Assembly (NCBI RefSeq): GCF_964204865.1
Contig: NC_135255.1
Coordinates: 930,001 to 994,000 of the forward strand
From: Styela clava
Lineage: Eukaryota
Length of the DNA: 64,000 nucleotides
Direction: 5' to 3'
Made by a program: the position numbers and the translations under genes. The notes beneath the pieces were generated by a model. The model saw only the letters and a list, made by a program, of their open reading frames with translations, was not told the DNA's origin and did not search any database. Within the stretch, counting starts at the first letter, position 1. Every line of letters begins with the position of its first letter. Below are positions 10,911-25,104 of the stretch, in pieces.

Positions 10911-13900
10911 ATGGGGTGTGGCATGTCAATGGTGGTAAGTCATAATAGTACAGTTTTTATTGATAATTACTTTTTGACAACACGTCGAGTTTAAGACAGA
11001 ATATTGTGCGATTTTTGTTTATCTATATATCATATAAAGGTTACCGCTAGTTAATTGACAAAAAGACTACTAAAAAAGTTGTCATCAATCTTTAGTCCAG
11101 TTTGATGATGTATTGTTATAATTTTTTTGTTATTCATTTTTAATAGGCAGCTTGTTGTGGATCAGCCGCTTGTTCTTTGTGCTGTAGTGCATGTCCATCA
11201 TGCAAAAATTCAACATCTTCACGAATAGTTTATGCTCTCTTCCTCTTTCTGGGAACAATCATAGCTTCTGTTATGTTGGCTCCCGGCTTGGAAGACAAGT
11301 TGAAATCGGTATGATGTGTTATTTAGTTTAATGATTGATTATTATGTTACTGATTGCTATTTTTGGATTTTTTTGTACAAAACCTCCTCCACTGGTGCAA
11401 AAATGAGATTTGAGAAAACACCCCTCCACGTTTTTAAGTTACAAATTAGTAATTATTCAGTCGGGGTTAGAAATGATTTAAAAATTAGAATTTACTGCGC
11501 AATTTGCATTCCTAATTCAAACCCTAACTAGATAATTACTAAATTTCTTATTTTGAGCGTTGGCGGGGGTGATTTTTTTGCAGGGGCTTTGTGCAAAAGA
11601 TCCCGATTTTTAATATATTGGAACGATTTAAAAAGCCTTTAAAAGCTATAAAAACTCATTTACTACAAATTTAGACGCTCAGCAAATCATTAGGAACACT
11701 CTCTCTATTGCACTACTGATTACCATAGACTTGATTCAGTGGTTTGTTATGCAATCTATGTCAAACGGGGTTAGGTTACGTTAGAGGTAAAACCCTGTTA
11801 GCGTTCTTAAAAACTGCAGACTGACAATCAATCCAATATGTTTCATACAGATTCCCACGTTTTGTTCTCATCTCGTTGACTGTGATGTCATTGTTGGTTA
11901 CCTTGCTGTTTACAGGTACGTAATAGATTTTATAAACATATCCTTGGTAAATGCAGTAGGCAAGGTGGATTGGTACATAATTTATGTTTGAATCGGTCAC
12001 TTAACATAACATATTAATAACAATGTTATTTATAAGTTGCGAATTCTGGCTTAATATTAAAACAAGCTCAGAATGATTAATCTGTATTATGTTCCAATTT
12101 TACTGACTAGGCCTATATAATATATCATTGTCCTAGGTGTAAGAGTATCCTTTTTTCTTATTAAATATTTATTGTTCAACATGCACTTTTGTGTTATACC
12201 TGCTGCCTCTATTTAACTTTGACTGGCTAATGTGTTTATAAAAAGTTCGTATGCAAAGATTTGTTCGAAATTAATTTTTGTTTTATTTTTAATCCCTGAT
12301 GTTATATGAATTATTTGTGTTTTGTAATGGTGTTTCATTCATTTATATCATTTCCACGATTATCTACAAATATATCATTGTTTGTTAAATAATAACAATT
12401 TCCAATAAACAGAGTCTGTTTTGCAATGGCTGGATTCTTTTTATTGATGGCTGTTATTATGATCAAAGTCGAAAGCAGCAAAGATCCGAGAGCTAAGATA
12501 CAGAACGGGTATGCTGTTGTTTTTACTCATAGTAAAATTAGTGTATAGTATTTTTGGGCAAATATAGAATTCAAGTAATTCAATACTGAAATTCTAATCC
12601 AAATTAGGGAGGTCTCTTCATTCAGCTTCGTTGTTTTACCATGTTTACTTGATTCTACTCTAGTCTGAATGCTATATAATAATTTATCAGTGGAGCATCT
12701 AGGAATAGGAATATTGACTTGAGGTATCAGTAACTTGATCTCTGTGAAAGCCACACAATGAAGATGGTCTGGTACAAAACCGTAACTTCCTGTTAATTTG
12801 TGTAAAATTATGTCAAGCCAGTATTCATCTCATATTGTGTTGGCCAAATGAGTCTCATAAAATAACCCTTTCAAAAATGTTAAGTATATTGCTACGATGA
12901 AATAGGCATCATCCGTTCATTTCTGAAGTTCAGGCAAAGATTGAATAAATGTCACTTGGTATTGTTTTTTTGTGTAGTTAATCATTCTTTTTATTAATGG
13001 CATTTTTCCATTTTCAAGTATTTTCTATTTTTTAATATAACATATCAGATTCAGCCACATAATACAGAGAAACCTACATTTGTATTTTGCTGTTTTCCTA
13101 TTTAAAATCTTTGTTGTCATGGATTTTACTGGTTTACTTTATGTAAATTTATATGAGTGACAAATTTGCACAGAGCAACAGACATAAGTTATCAGTTTTT
13201 CAAAATCACTAATTTTCTTGTCTCTTTTATCCAGATTCTGGTTTTTCAAGTTCCTTGCAATGGTTGGAATTGCTGTAGGGGCATTCTTCATTCCACGAGG
13301 ACCTTTCGGGATTGCTTTCTATTATATTGGAATGATCGGGGCTTTCCTGTTTATTTTGATTCAGGTTTATTAATGTTTTATATTCTATTACAAGGAAATA
13401 AACTTTTGAACTTTGAAATGGAAAATGAAACTGCATTATTGTACTTTTAAGTTAACACTACTGGTTAGAAAAAAAAGTGGGAGTTGTTTCAGTCACTCTG
13501 TTTCTTTACTGCTATTCCTGTAATATTTTGAGTTTCTTTGTGCTTAAGAAGGATATTATAATTTTATTACCACTTAACTTGATTAATCCTTTTATTACCA
13601 GTTAATAAAATCTCCAGAATGTTTTTGTTTTCTCATGCTTTGAATGACATGTATAGATTCATGAAATAAAATATGTTTGTATTGCAACATTGCCTTATAG
13701 TTTGAACAATATTTTAAATTTTTTCAACCAGCTTGTCCTCTTGGTTGATTTTGCCCATGGTTGGAATGATGCATGGTTGGATAAAAAAGAGAATTCTGAC
13801 TCACCGAAATGCTGGTTTGGACTTCTGCTTGGAGCAACTTTTGTCAATTATGCGATCTCACTCACTGCAGTCATCCTCTTCTACATTTACTATGCACATG

Positions 13901-16900
13901 TAGGTATCTCTGTATTATTGATATTTTTATCCAACAATCTTTTATCATTTTGGTGTAAATATATTAATAAAAACATCAAATTTACCTTTTTGATTTGGTA
14001 TTGCAGAGTGGATGCGCCCTGAATCAATTTTTTGTGAGCTTCAACATGATATTGTGCATCATTGTCTCAGCCTTTTCCATCACATCTCGTGTTCAAGATG
14101 GTAAGTTAAAACAATTTCGCAAATATCTTGTTGTTTGAACATATTATGCAGGTTTGAAATCTAAGTTTAATTTAATCTTCATTCTGGCTTTCATAATTAA
14201 TCAGTTAAAAACATTGCATCAAATTCCTATGTACTTGATGTGCCCTTATTTAGGTTTTTTAGTACGATTAGTGGGACAGTAATCTTGAATATCATGATCC
14301 TTGAAAAATAAAGGTTTTAACCAAGGATGGCCAATACCGAATAGTTCACTATTTCGAATACATTCGAAATTATTTTTTTCGAATATGAAATTTCGAATAC
14401 TTCGAAAATTGTAGGAAAAATGTAGGAATTTCCATACAATAAGCAATGGAATAACTGCTATCAGGAAGTTACAACCTAGCTTTATTACCAGGCATTTCAT
14501 ATTCCAGTATATATTTTATATACCATGAGTCATGTTAACAGAATTAAATTAATACGGCAATAGTGGTATCGGTGATGGATTTGAATATTTGCGCAACACA
14601 AAATCATCCTAGTGAAACGCCCATACTCTTAATTAAACACCAACCATTATCCAAATTATTTGCCGATAAGCGGGATAAAGTATGAGTTATTTTGGTTATT
14701 GTGAGTACAAAAATGCGAATCAAAAATTAATTATATTCGGGAACTATACCACACATTTTAAGTCCGCAGATCGCCGTTGTATGTTTGAGTAATATTACTT
14801 TTATTATTTTATAAATAGGAATCAAAAACTATTTATAATCGGGTAGTTTATCACACATTCTAAGTTCACAGATCGCCGCTGTATTTTGTAAATACGAAAA
14901 TAGGAATCAAAAATTAATATTAATCGCGAGTTTGCCACACAATTTATGTCCACAGATTGCCATGATATTGTGTCGAATATAATTAGTTTTTAATTCTTAT
15001 TTTCGTACTCACGAAAAAATAGTCACACGTTGGAAAATAATTTATACTTTATCCCGCATTTTGGGAACTAATTTGGATAATGGTTGCCATTGGTTTGTAT
15101 TTAAAAGTATGGACTTTTTACTAGGATGATTTTGTGCTGCGCAAAATATTCGAATCCATGACCGATACCTCTATTTGAAATGCCTTACCGTGTTAATTTA
15201 ATTCTATTATCATAACTCAAATGTTGGTAAATCGGGCAGTTTACCACACATTTTAAGGCCACAGATCGCCGTTGCATTTTAGAAATATAGTTTTATTATT
15301 TTGTAAATATGAATCAGAATTTAATTCTAATTGGGCAGTTTACTACATATTTCATGACCACAAATACCCGTGGTATTTGGTATTAATACTTTCATTATTT
15401 TATCAATATGAAAATAGGAATCAATATTTAATAATATCGGTCAGTTCACCACACATTTTATGTCCACAGATTGACGATACAACCATGAGTTACGTTGAAC
15501 AGAATTAAATTAATACAGCATGACATTTTAATAAATGCTGTTACCAGTCATGGATTGGATTATTTTGCGCAACAAAAATCATCTTGGGTAAAGGATCGAT
15601 ACTTTTAACTATCGTTATCAAAATTATTTGCCAGAAATTATTTTCTAATAAATCGACTTTTTTTTCCAACTTGTGACAATTTATTTGATACGTAACAATT
15701 ACGGCTATAAATACCGTATTTCCCGGCTAATAAGTCCACATGGCAAATAGGACGATGTCTATTTTTAGCACTCAAAAAAGGGGTTTTTCCATATAGCCAT
15801 AGGCCTCCAATAAGACGGGTAAAAAAATTGTGTCCCTGTTGTTCAGTTATGCTAATATGCGCTAATAATTTTATATGTTTAGAACCAGAGCATTTAACTA
15901 TATTTAACAATTGAGCGGTAAATTTAAGTTGTAAAGCGGCAATCATTTTGGACAACCTATTAACCCGAATGTTGAAATAATTTTGAAATGTGATAAGTAC
16001 TACACTGTACGTCCACGGGTTATTTCACAGTGTGTTTTCCTGTCCCTGTCGTGTTCTGCTGAATCGGCAAAACGAAAGGGTCACAAATCACTTTATCTCG
16101 GTGGCCGTGTTTCTCTTTAAAGTAACGATAACCGGCCTGCGATTAAATATCATGATTGGCAGGCTCTAAGACCCAAATATAAGGTTACACAAATCATGTT
16201 TGAGAAGACTCATGCGAATAAAAAGCAGGCCACATCGAAATAAAATAAACATACTTTCTCAATTAGACGCCCCCACCCCGCCTAGAAAAGCGACTCATTA
16301 GACGAATTTTTGACGTAATGGAAATGAATTTGTAAATTAAAAGCCTTGTAGACGAATGTCGGCAATGTCCACCCGCGCAAACGTGCAAATATGTTGCAAC
16401 ACTATGCGACGTACCGTCGCACAGAATATAAACAATCAAAATGCCGATTCTATTTCATCGTCATTACAATACGTGAGACAGCGTAAAAAGTCGTTTGAAT
16501 ATTCCCGTAAAACGAAACACCACGTTTACGGCGAAAAGTGGCTACTATTCGGAATTATTCGAAAATCAGCCGAAAAGGTATTCGAATACTTTGATATTCG
16601 AATACATTCGAATATTCGATTCGTTTTGGACAACCCTGGTTTTAACATTCACTAAACTTGGTTTGTGTGCATCGCACCGAAGAACTAAATAAGTAAAATT
16701 TGGAGTAATCATATTTAAAGTCATTTTCACCTTACTGAATCAAGGTCATGCATGCTTCCTTGTTTTGATGGCTTGAGCTCATGAATTATTTAGTGCCACA
16801 AGATTTCGCTTCGCGAAGTTGTTTGCTGAATAGAGCAAATGCCAAGCACACATTTCTCATTGGATCAAAGACTGTATTTTCGCACACAAAAAATAATGGC

Positions 16901-19220
16901 AGTTACTAGAGTCCAACTTTTTTTTAAAAGTTTCAAATTTGGAATACCCCCTTTTTATTGTTCCATAAGTAAATAAGAACTTTTATAATATGTTTTGGAG
17001 CATATTCGGTTTGTTTTACTCTTTCTCGTGGAAAATTATGGGCGAGTAGAATATGGAATTAGACTGTTTCTGAATAGCACAAAGGGGTTGCCCTGTGAAA
17101 AAAGTAATGATTGTATGCCATATCTAGAACAACCAAGGAGTGGACTTCTGCAGTCATCTGTTGTGACCATGTATACAATGTATCTTACTTGGTCTGCAAT
17201 GACAAACGAACCTGATCCAACCTGCAATCCCAGTCTGCTGACTATTGTACAGGTCTGTACTTTATATTGTGTAATCGATAGGATCTATAGTTATGAGTAA
17301 TGTGTGATTCATCTATATTGTCAGTGGTGTCAGTTTAAGCATTCATGAGGTCAGTGACCTACATGAACTATTTATTTATCGTTCAATGTTTGCGATGTGA
17401 AGCAGACTTGATATTTCCAAAAAGTCTGCCAGCAAAAGTTTGTTATTAAATGTGCTATTTAGTCGACTAGTTCTCCATTTTCCCAAATAGACCTGAATAT
17501 TCAATATCATTGTCTATGCTGCATTAATTCCTCATTTCTATATTTCAATTATTGGTGTAGGAAATCACTCATCCTGGAGATATTGCCCCATCAGCAGGGA
17601 ATGTAACAACACCAGTTCCTACCAAACACGAAAAACAGCTGTGGGATGCTCAGAGTATACTTGGAATTGTTGTCTTCTTCGTCTGTGTCATTTATTCAAG
17701 GTATGCATTCAAAACAGTTGGAATATTCATTCTATTTTGGCTGCTTTGAATAAATCAAAACATAAAAAAGTAGTAGAGTAGTGTTTGTTATTGTTAACTT
17801 ATTATTATGCTGCTAATCCTGAAAAACATAAAACACACATCCGAATATAGAAAAACATTTGAATCTACTTGGTATCATTAATTAAAAATAATCTGTCACA
17901 TGAGCCGTGTTGTATGTATTTAAATTCATTCAAAGTCATGTGATTAGAATTAATGATTATCCTGGGATAAATATCAAAATCTTATCCTGTTATCAAATTA
18001 TTCTCATCCAAAACTTAGTATTTATTTTGAATAATAGCATTCGAAGTTCAAGTCAAAACAATGTGGATCGATTAACTTTGACTGAACATGTTGTTCTTGA
18101 TGAAGAATCAAGTGGACAAGATGCCGAGGTGAGTTGCCTGGAATAAAAAGAACATGTTTTGTTTACTCTGATGTAACAGTGTTTCATATGACAATTCTTA
18201 TACAAGTACATGATTATGATCTCTTGTTGTACTCCAGCAACCATTTTGTTATTTTTCATGGTAACACATTGTGTTCAAATTTATGACTGGTCGTGTCTGT
18301 ATTGTATTATATTATTTTCTAGTCTTCTGACAAGAAAGATGCCGAATCTAAGGTTCATGACAATGAACAAGGAGGTGTTGCATACTCCTATTTCTTCTTT
18401 CACTTCATGTTCTTCTTGGCATCCCTATATATCATGATGACTTTGACCAATTGGTACCGGTAAGTCAACATTTTTAACTATTCTAATCAACATTTCATCT
18501 GTGTGTATAGGAAGTGATGAGGTATCGTTGAATTTCATAGATGTTTTATATCAGAGAGCTGTGAGCTGACCTCTAAGTCTAATACTTGTTTTAATTTTGA
18601 AACTAAATAAGTGATGCCTTAGGCCATATCACACGAATAAACCAGACTTAAGACGCAATAGCAGCAGCTCACTCAGAAGTTGTTACAAAATAAATGGAGG
18701 TTTTGTGAAACTAAACGGCCTATTTGAATTGAAATTGCATCACATTATAAGGATTGTTATTGTTTCTCTTCATTGTAGCCAGTATTTGTGAGGATCCACC
18801 AGGGCCTTGAGGTTGGGAAACACTGTTCTAAACAGGCTATTCAAAATAATTATAGTAGAAAAACAATTGAAAATGTTAAATGAAATTAGCGTTTACCAGA
18901 GAAATCAGAATAGGTCATTAGGACTGTTTAAGTTGAGAACATTGAATCAAATTATAATATAGAAATCCAGTTATATGTGCATTTCTTTATCCATCTTCAG
19001 CATGAGTTTCAATTAAGATAAAAAAACTAAAAAATAAAATGAATCATTCTCACAGTTTAAATCATGTCGATTATATTACAGTCCTGATGAAACCTTTGAA
19101 AAGATGCAAACGCAATGGCCTGCTGTGTGGGTGAAAATAGTCTCGAGCTGGTTGTGCATTGGACTATATATCTGGACCCTCGTTGCTCCTATCTTTTTGA
19201 CAAATCGTGACTTCGACTAA
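10911..19220 (+). CDS. SERINC: Serine incorporator (SERINC/TDE family, SERINC1/3-like), 12 coding exons, 456 aa
   Basis: Exons 10911-10934, 11147-11308, 11851-11915, 12413-12508, 13235-13364, 13732-13899, 14007-14100, 17128-17252, 17561-17700, 18038-18128, 18323-18459, 19082-19220 sum to 1371 nt. All introns are GT-AG and phases agree. Family motifs: [107 protein letters not shown]. Confidence 0.97.
11365..11603. mobile_element. Palindromic MITE in SERINC intron 2 (GG termini, 8-bp TSD; Merlin-like)
   Basis: Imperfect TIRs ggatttttttgtacaaaacc / ggctttgtgcaaaagatcc, inner inverted arms ttagtaattat...ataattactaa, and flanks ctattttt / cgattttt. Superfamily assignment is inference. Confidence 0.55.
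14322..16638. mobile_element. 2.3-kb non-autonomous hAT element in SERINC intron 7
   Basis: Perfect 8-bp TSD gttttaac (14314-14321, 16639-16646) and imperfect TIRs caaggatggccaa / ttggacaaccctg. Clusters of ttcgaa(ta) subterminal motifs sit at both ends, with internal inverted and tandem repeats. Confidence 0.85.
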
Positions 19221-20202
19221 TACCATTATATACTTTTTCTAGTTTTACAAGTCTGAAGTTTATATTTTGTTGTTAACTTTTTCATCTTTACCAAAGTATA
19301 GAACAGTATAAATGTTTTTCACCAGATACCTACCTAACTTGTTTAACACTATACATATTACAGAAAGCCTCTAGAATCACTGGATTTACCACTTCACCAC
19401 TTTTTAAATATAACACATTATGTTCCTCCGTGGAGGATTAGCAATAAATGATTGGCTAGTTTTGGTCAATTTTAAATTTTCGATAGTTAACATTACTATA
19501 CTGTGAATATTCCATTCCGTTACTGTATTATTTGTAAATTACCGAAAAACTATATAAAATACCTGGGTAAATTTCAGACTAGTAAAACTGGAAATCGTTG
19601 TCTTGGAAGTACAAGATTTGTAAATATATTCTTTTTATCTACAAAAATTAAAAGTATTATTATGCACCCAGTCTGAAAATGTTTAATTGTGGGATCTGAA
19701 TACGTTTGAAAGAGCCTTTGAAATTTACATTGAATTTCTGATTTTTCCAAATCAATTTTGGGTTATCTGTTTCGGAATTCAGTCAGAATTAATTTCATTC
19801 TTTGCGACATAACAGTAATAACAACGTCCTTATCATCTGTTTAGAACCTGATTTTCAGACTGGGTTTCAATATTCTTATGCTGAAGAGTTAAACTTCGAT
19901 CCAAATCATTGCTTGATTGGGAATGTGTTGTTGATTGTCTGTGATAAACTTTTAAGGATGCCCATCCTGATTGACCATCGATTTGACAAGTTGACTTCGC
20001 TTTATTGAAATTTTTTTTAAAAGTGAAGTCTGTGGATTTTTCTGTCTTTGTATGTAAAGTATTGTCAAACGCGTGAATAAATATATCTACACAACTTCGT
20101 GAGGTGTTATGCTCATTAGTGCCCGGATCGGAGGGAAGGGATTCCAGCACCGTGCAGAAACGACTTCGCTTTCTCAAATAGATTGAATGTTTGTTATATT
20201 CA

Positions 20203-20341
20203 CGCGGCGGTGTGACTTGTGCTTTGCGTTAGGAATACGCTCGCCACCGCACCTCTGATTACTCTGGTGGGTTCGCAGGTTCGAATCACATGCGGGGATG
20301 GTTGTGTGCGAGAGAATTCCTCGCCGCCGTAGTGTGGTTCA
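20203..20341 (+). mobile_element. Truncated, diverged copy of the tRNA-derived SINE (5' part)
   Basis: gttaggaatacgctcgccaccgcacctct...gggttcgcaggttcgaatc..atgc.gggatggtt matches 10142-10260. Confidence 0.85.
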
Positions 20342-21179
20342 TGGAACGTTTTACGGAAAATATCTCCTCATTTCTCGATTAGAAATATCATGAACTCTTG
20401 ATACTAATTTAAAAAAAAAAATCACTTCTATAACACGAGATGATTGCACGACGAAGGGTGTTGTAACTTACATCATCGATCAACGCGTCTCTTCGTTTGT
20501 TCTCCGTGCGTTTACAGCTTTTCCAAATTTGGGACAATTCGGAGGTTGTTGTATTGGTCACAGTCTTAGATGCACCTACGGCGTCGTTCAATTATATTCG
20601 ACTACTCGAGAAAATTAAAAATAGAATAGCCTGAATGGAATGAACCAGAAGTTATACATGTAGCATATTTCAAATACACTCGCAGGATGGATAAGAGCAT
20701 CAGCAACAGGTAGGTAGGCCTACAAGATAAACAGTATCCACCTTGTCAAGTATCCCTAGGAATGCACTTTCAACATTTTCATTCAGTTGCTTTCTTCCAT
20801 AATTCGATATCTCCTCATAAATCGTTTTTTAACAATTCAAGTATTAACAAATATTCTGTTAGGTAAAATAAAGAAAATAATTTCATCTTGAATTAATTAA
20901 AATCATCAATTTGTTCCTACATTTCTGAGTTAGATTCCTAAAGGCGCACTCCTGATGCATCACAATCTGAACAAAACCCAACTTTAAAAGAGAGAAATCA
21001 GAAACGAAAATTATTACTCACATTCTTTTTTCACTATAAACCGTAATCTGTTTATTTCCCTAAGTACGGCAGTTCCAAATCAAATGCGCTCTAATAGCCT
21101 AGCCCTAAACTACAAATATTTCTACTCCTAAATGTGATATTATATAGCAAGTAAATTGCTACTCAATCGAAATTGAGTA

Positions 21180-24100
21180 TGGACCTTTCTCCGAGCATCG
21201 ACTTCCTTGTTAACTTCGTGACATTGGTCAATCAGGAAGATGCAAAAAGTGACGTAACAATGCTCCCTTTTCGCATCCGCTCAGACACTTTTCTCACTCA
21301 GACAGATTTTCAAGCGTGGTGGTAAACTACAGTGATTTCCCTACACCGCCCCCCCCCCCCCCCACCCTCCCTAAAATTTCAAACACCCCCCTAATTTTGA
21401 GGTGCGATTCCACACTGTAATTCCTAACTCTAGTATAAATGTATTCAAATATAACGACTATGGCACATTTATCAGTGTAGGTGAGGGGTTCCAAACCGCA
21501 GTCTGCGGGCCACTTACGGCCCGCGCAACGACTTAAAATGGCCCGCCAAAATAGTTTAATAGTTTAACACATGAGGTACCTTTTGAGTTTTAGATCCCGT
21601 CTATCGTTACATCATTATCACAGTTTGAGCACGTTTATTTCGTAACAATTGAATTATACCGGTATCTTATGTATACGTATTGGTTTTAGGATTACACACT
21701 GCAGTATTTTAGATATCAGCCGTATATTAAGAAAGCTTAAAGATGTCACAAAACGAAAACTAGGCACTGAAAACAGACGTTTTTTATATGAATGGCAGCG
21801 TTTTTATTTCTTTATTGAAAAGAATCAAACTTCAGCAATTTGTCTTCCATGCCAATATTTCAGTTTTGAAGGAATACAACATTATGCGCCATTATGATCA
21901 GTTGACACGCGTATTTCAAAATTTAATTCATTGTTTAATTCATACAAAAGTCAAACAAACATGTTCAAAATAATGTGGAATGTGTAACAAAACAAGCCAT
22001 AATTGTAGTCATTATGCTAGATGAGCAAGTAACTTCATTAGTCACTATCAGTTGCAAATTACTTGAAGAAAGCCGTGCTTGTTATTTATTTCTCGAGAAT
22101 TCTATCAGCTAAATATTATAATTATTATTTTCATCACATAACAAACTGCCATGCTAGGTGTATCTAAAATCAAGCTTAGAGCCTATTTTGGTGCCTATTT
22201 CTCAAAATTTTCTCAGGGCGCTTGTAGCGCGCCCTGAACCCCAGCCGTGTCGTCGCGCACTTTACATCGCTCCCTTTTTCTGGCCCTACAATTTTATTAT
22301 GTTGTGTGTTTTGGCTCGCCGTCAATCAACTTGGGGTGCCTCTCGTGTACATCATTTCTTAAATACATACCAATTTTTTAAGAATACAAATAGTTTTATC
22401 GCTAATAGCAAATTATTTACCACCCCCTAAATTTCGAAACACCCCCCCTGAAATGAAAAGCTGGGGAACATACTGGGTAAACATTACCTTGTTTTTGCAT
22501 TTTTGAACTCCATTCGCTAGTTTTTAATTGTGTTTCGGAAACTTAAATATAAATTAGATAATTCAATAATAACTCTGTCTTTTTGCGAGTTTTAATTTAA
22601 TTGCAGTAATAAATATTAGGATCAGTAGAGGTTGCGCGAGACTAACTCCCAATCCTTTCTCTATGCCTTTGCGCTAGTGGATCCGTATGCATGTAATGCA
22701 AGGATGCTGTAGCAGGGAAAAAACTTCCTGCTGCTAATAAAAACTGCTAGTTTACAACTGCTTGTCTGAGGAAGTCTGATTTTGGTCAGAAGAAACGTTA
22801 CAGAAATATATTTGTGTTAGTGTGCAGCAGGACTCTTGAATTGCATAATAAATATTAGTGTCGAAATAGCTGTGACAGGCTAGGCTAAAAATCCTTACCG
22901 GTACTTTTAAAAAACAGATTGTTGTATGCGATGGATCATAATAATGGTTTGAAACACATACCCCATTTTACAGGCGCCAACTCGCAAAAGCACTCTTAAA
23001 ATAGCCCCGGAAATTTTGCAATGGTAAAGCATAGAAGGAATTTTTTGGGGGCCAAAGGTCGGGGAGAGGTCCATAGACGTCCTTTTTTCTCAATTTATCG
23101 TTAAATATCGACATCTCATAAAATATAATGGATGTGCATCATTTTCTACATTTTGAATCAAAGAAAATTCAATGTCTTTCAGCATAAAATAATAACATTA
23201 TTTTGACTCCTATTATGAGATATATTAGCAAATCGCAAGAGAATGACTTACAGACGCCTCTTCCTCAATTTTTTGTTAAATATTACCTTTGTTTGTTTTA
23301 TATCTCCTAACTGATATCGATGTGCATAATTTTTTACATTCTAAAATAAGTTAATTGTAATACACTTTTATATAATATTAAAAAAATTCTGCTCCAAATG
23401 TGGGACATTTTATCAAAAGAAATTGAATTGCTAGGAAGCGCCCTTCTTCGACTTTTCATTAAATCTACTATTTTGCTTTAGATTTTGAACCTAACATCGA
23501 TGCGCGATATTTTTTAGATTTCAACACTAAGCACTTTATTTTGAAAAAACAAGATTCCTACACCAAATGTTGCATATTTAATTTTACAAAGACGCCCTTT
23601 TTCTCGAATTTTCGGCAAATATCACAGCGTTTGCTTCAAATCTCTGAAACTAATATGGGGTTTGGCATTTCAGTACCAGTTAAATTCCATGCATCCTTCT
23701 CGACGACTAACATACATAATCCTGACATAATATATAAAAAAAAATAATGATGATATTGGATGTTTCCCCGATCCTTGACTTTTGCGAGTGTTTTGGAGAG
23801 TTGACACTTACAAACTGATTTATATGTAGGATACTAATAGTTTAGTATCGCATATAGTATCGTATAGTCTATCGCAGCTTCTCCGGGACTAATTTTTGAT
23901 TATTGCAACTGAACTGAAGCTCATCGGAAGACATAATATTAATGACAATTAAAATATTTCATTCGCAACTAATTTTCAAACTACTAAAAACGGACAAATA
24001 ACACGAAAATTCGCAAAAACCATGCATGTATATAAGTCTGAGCGTAAATATATACTACTTAACTACTAGTGTCTGGGCGAACAAAGTGTCTGATCGGCTT

Positions 24101-24192
24101 CAAAAATCACATTGTTACGTAAATGTTGACTTTTTAATGATTCGTCATTGTTACGGAAATAAACAAGGAAATCGATGCTTGAAGAAACATCC
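21180..24192. mobile_element. Long-TIR element (~120-bp diverged inverted arms) with internal ~175-bp tandem units
   Basis: 21180-21305 (tggacctttctccgagcatcgacttccttgtt...acgtaacaatg...ccgctcagacacttt) is the reverse complement of ~24070-24192. Four degenerate units start agacg(t/c)cc..ttctc at ~23075, 23252, 23436 and 23590. Exact termini are unresolved. Confidence 0.6.
21330..22475. mobile_element. hAT-like non-autonomous element containing a nested Charlie/GTF2IRD2-type fragment
   Basis: Ends cagtgatttccc / ggggaacatactg are flanked by ggtaaac on both sides, with C-rich subterminal repeats. Inside are a Charlie-type end at ~21487 and 21751-21900 translating KRKLGTENRRFLYEWQRFYFFIEKNQTSAICLPC/NISVLKEYNIMRHYD (BED-finger N-terminus, frameshifted). 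Confidence 0.7.
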
Positions 24193-25104
24193 ACAAATTT
24201 GACTTGACTTTAGATTTTTCACTCTAATGAACTCTTCCGAATTTCGCTGTAATGAAGCTTCGCAATTTCGTCAACTTCTTATGTACGACAGCCAGGAAAC
24301 TACGTTTATAGATAACTGAGGTCAGGAGGTACCGTAACGTAAGACTAGATAGTAGATACCGGTACTGGAGATACGGTACCGTACCATACAGATACTGGTA
24401 GGATAGACTAATAATGCGTACCGGTATTTCACTTACGGTAGGTTATACTTCTACTTATGTCTTTGGTGTTGGTTTTATGTTGGTTTTGTCTTGACTGCAC
24501 AAAGATATCCCATCGTTACTTAGTTCAGTCAGTTAGAACAGCACTGACAGGGATTCGACATGCTCGCAGAGGTTGGGCACCACTGCTTTAGCCTATTACA
24601 GTACTACAAGTACTAGGCCTATGCCATTTTTGTATGCCATGGTGAATGCAAAAAAAATTAAACAATTAAATATTAAACCAGCGTAAATGACAATTTAAAA
24701 CATTTCCCTGGTTTAGGCACAAAGAGGCGAAACCCCTGCTGCCTTTTTTTACATAATTTGTGAGTTGCAGAGTTGGGAAAATACGGTACATAACAGCATA
24801 AAGGAGAGTTTCACCAACAGAGTACCATCTCTGTTCTTTATAGGCTCATTATCGTGATAGAGCATGCTAAACAGGGAGATACTTGGCAAATATTTATGCA
24901 AGCAGCATTCAGTAATACGACAAAAAACATTCTAATTGCATCTGAATTACTATAAATTCTGAAATGGGAAATGCTTGCAAGAATATGCTTGAAGACGATA
25001 AAATTGACCACGAATAAATTAAATTAATTTTAAGAAAAAGATTCGTTCAACTGACTACTACGACTGCGAGAAAGAAATTTTTTTTATAAATTAATACTGA
25101 AATA

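Noticed and set aside
15712-15830. Nested Tc2/pogo-like terminus (taccgtatttcccggctaataag)
   Set aside because: Only one end is visible and there is no coding remnant, so it is not reported as a separate element.
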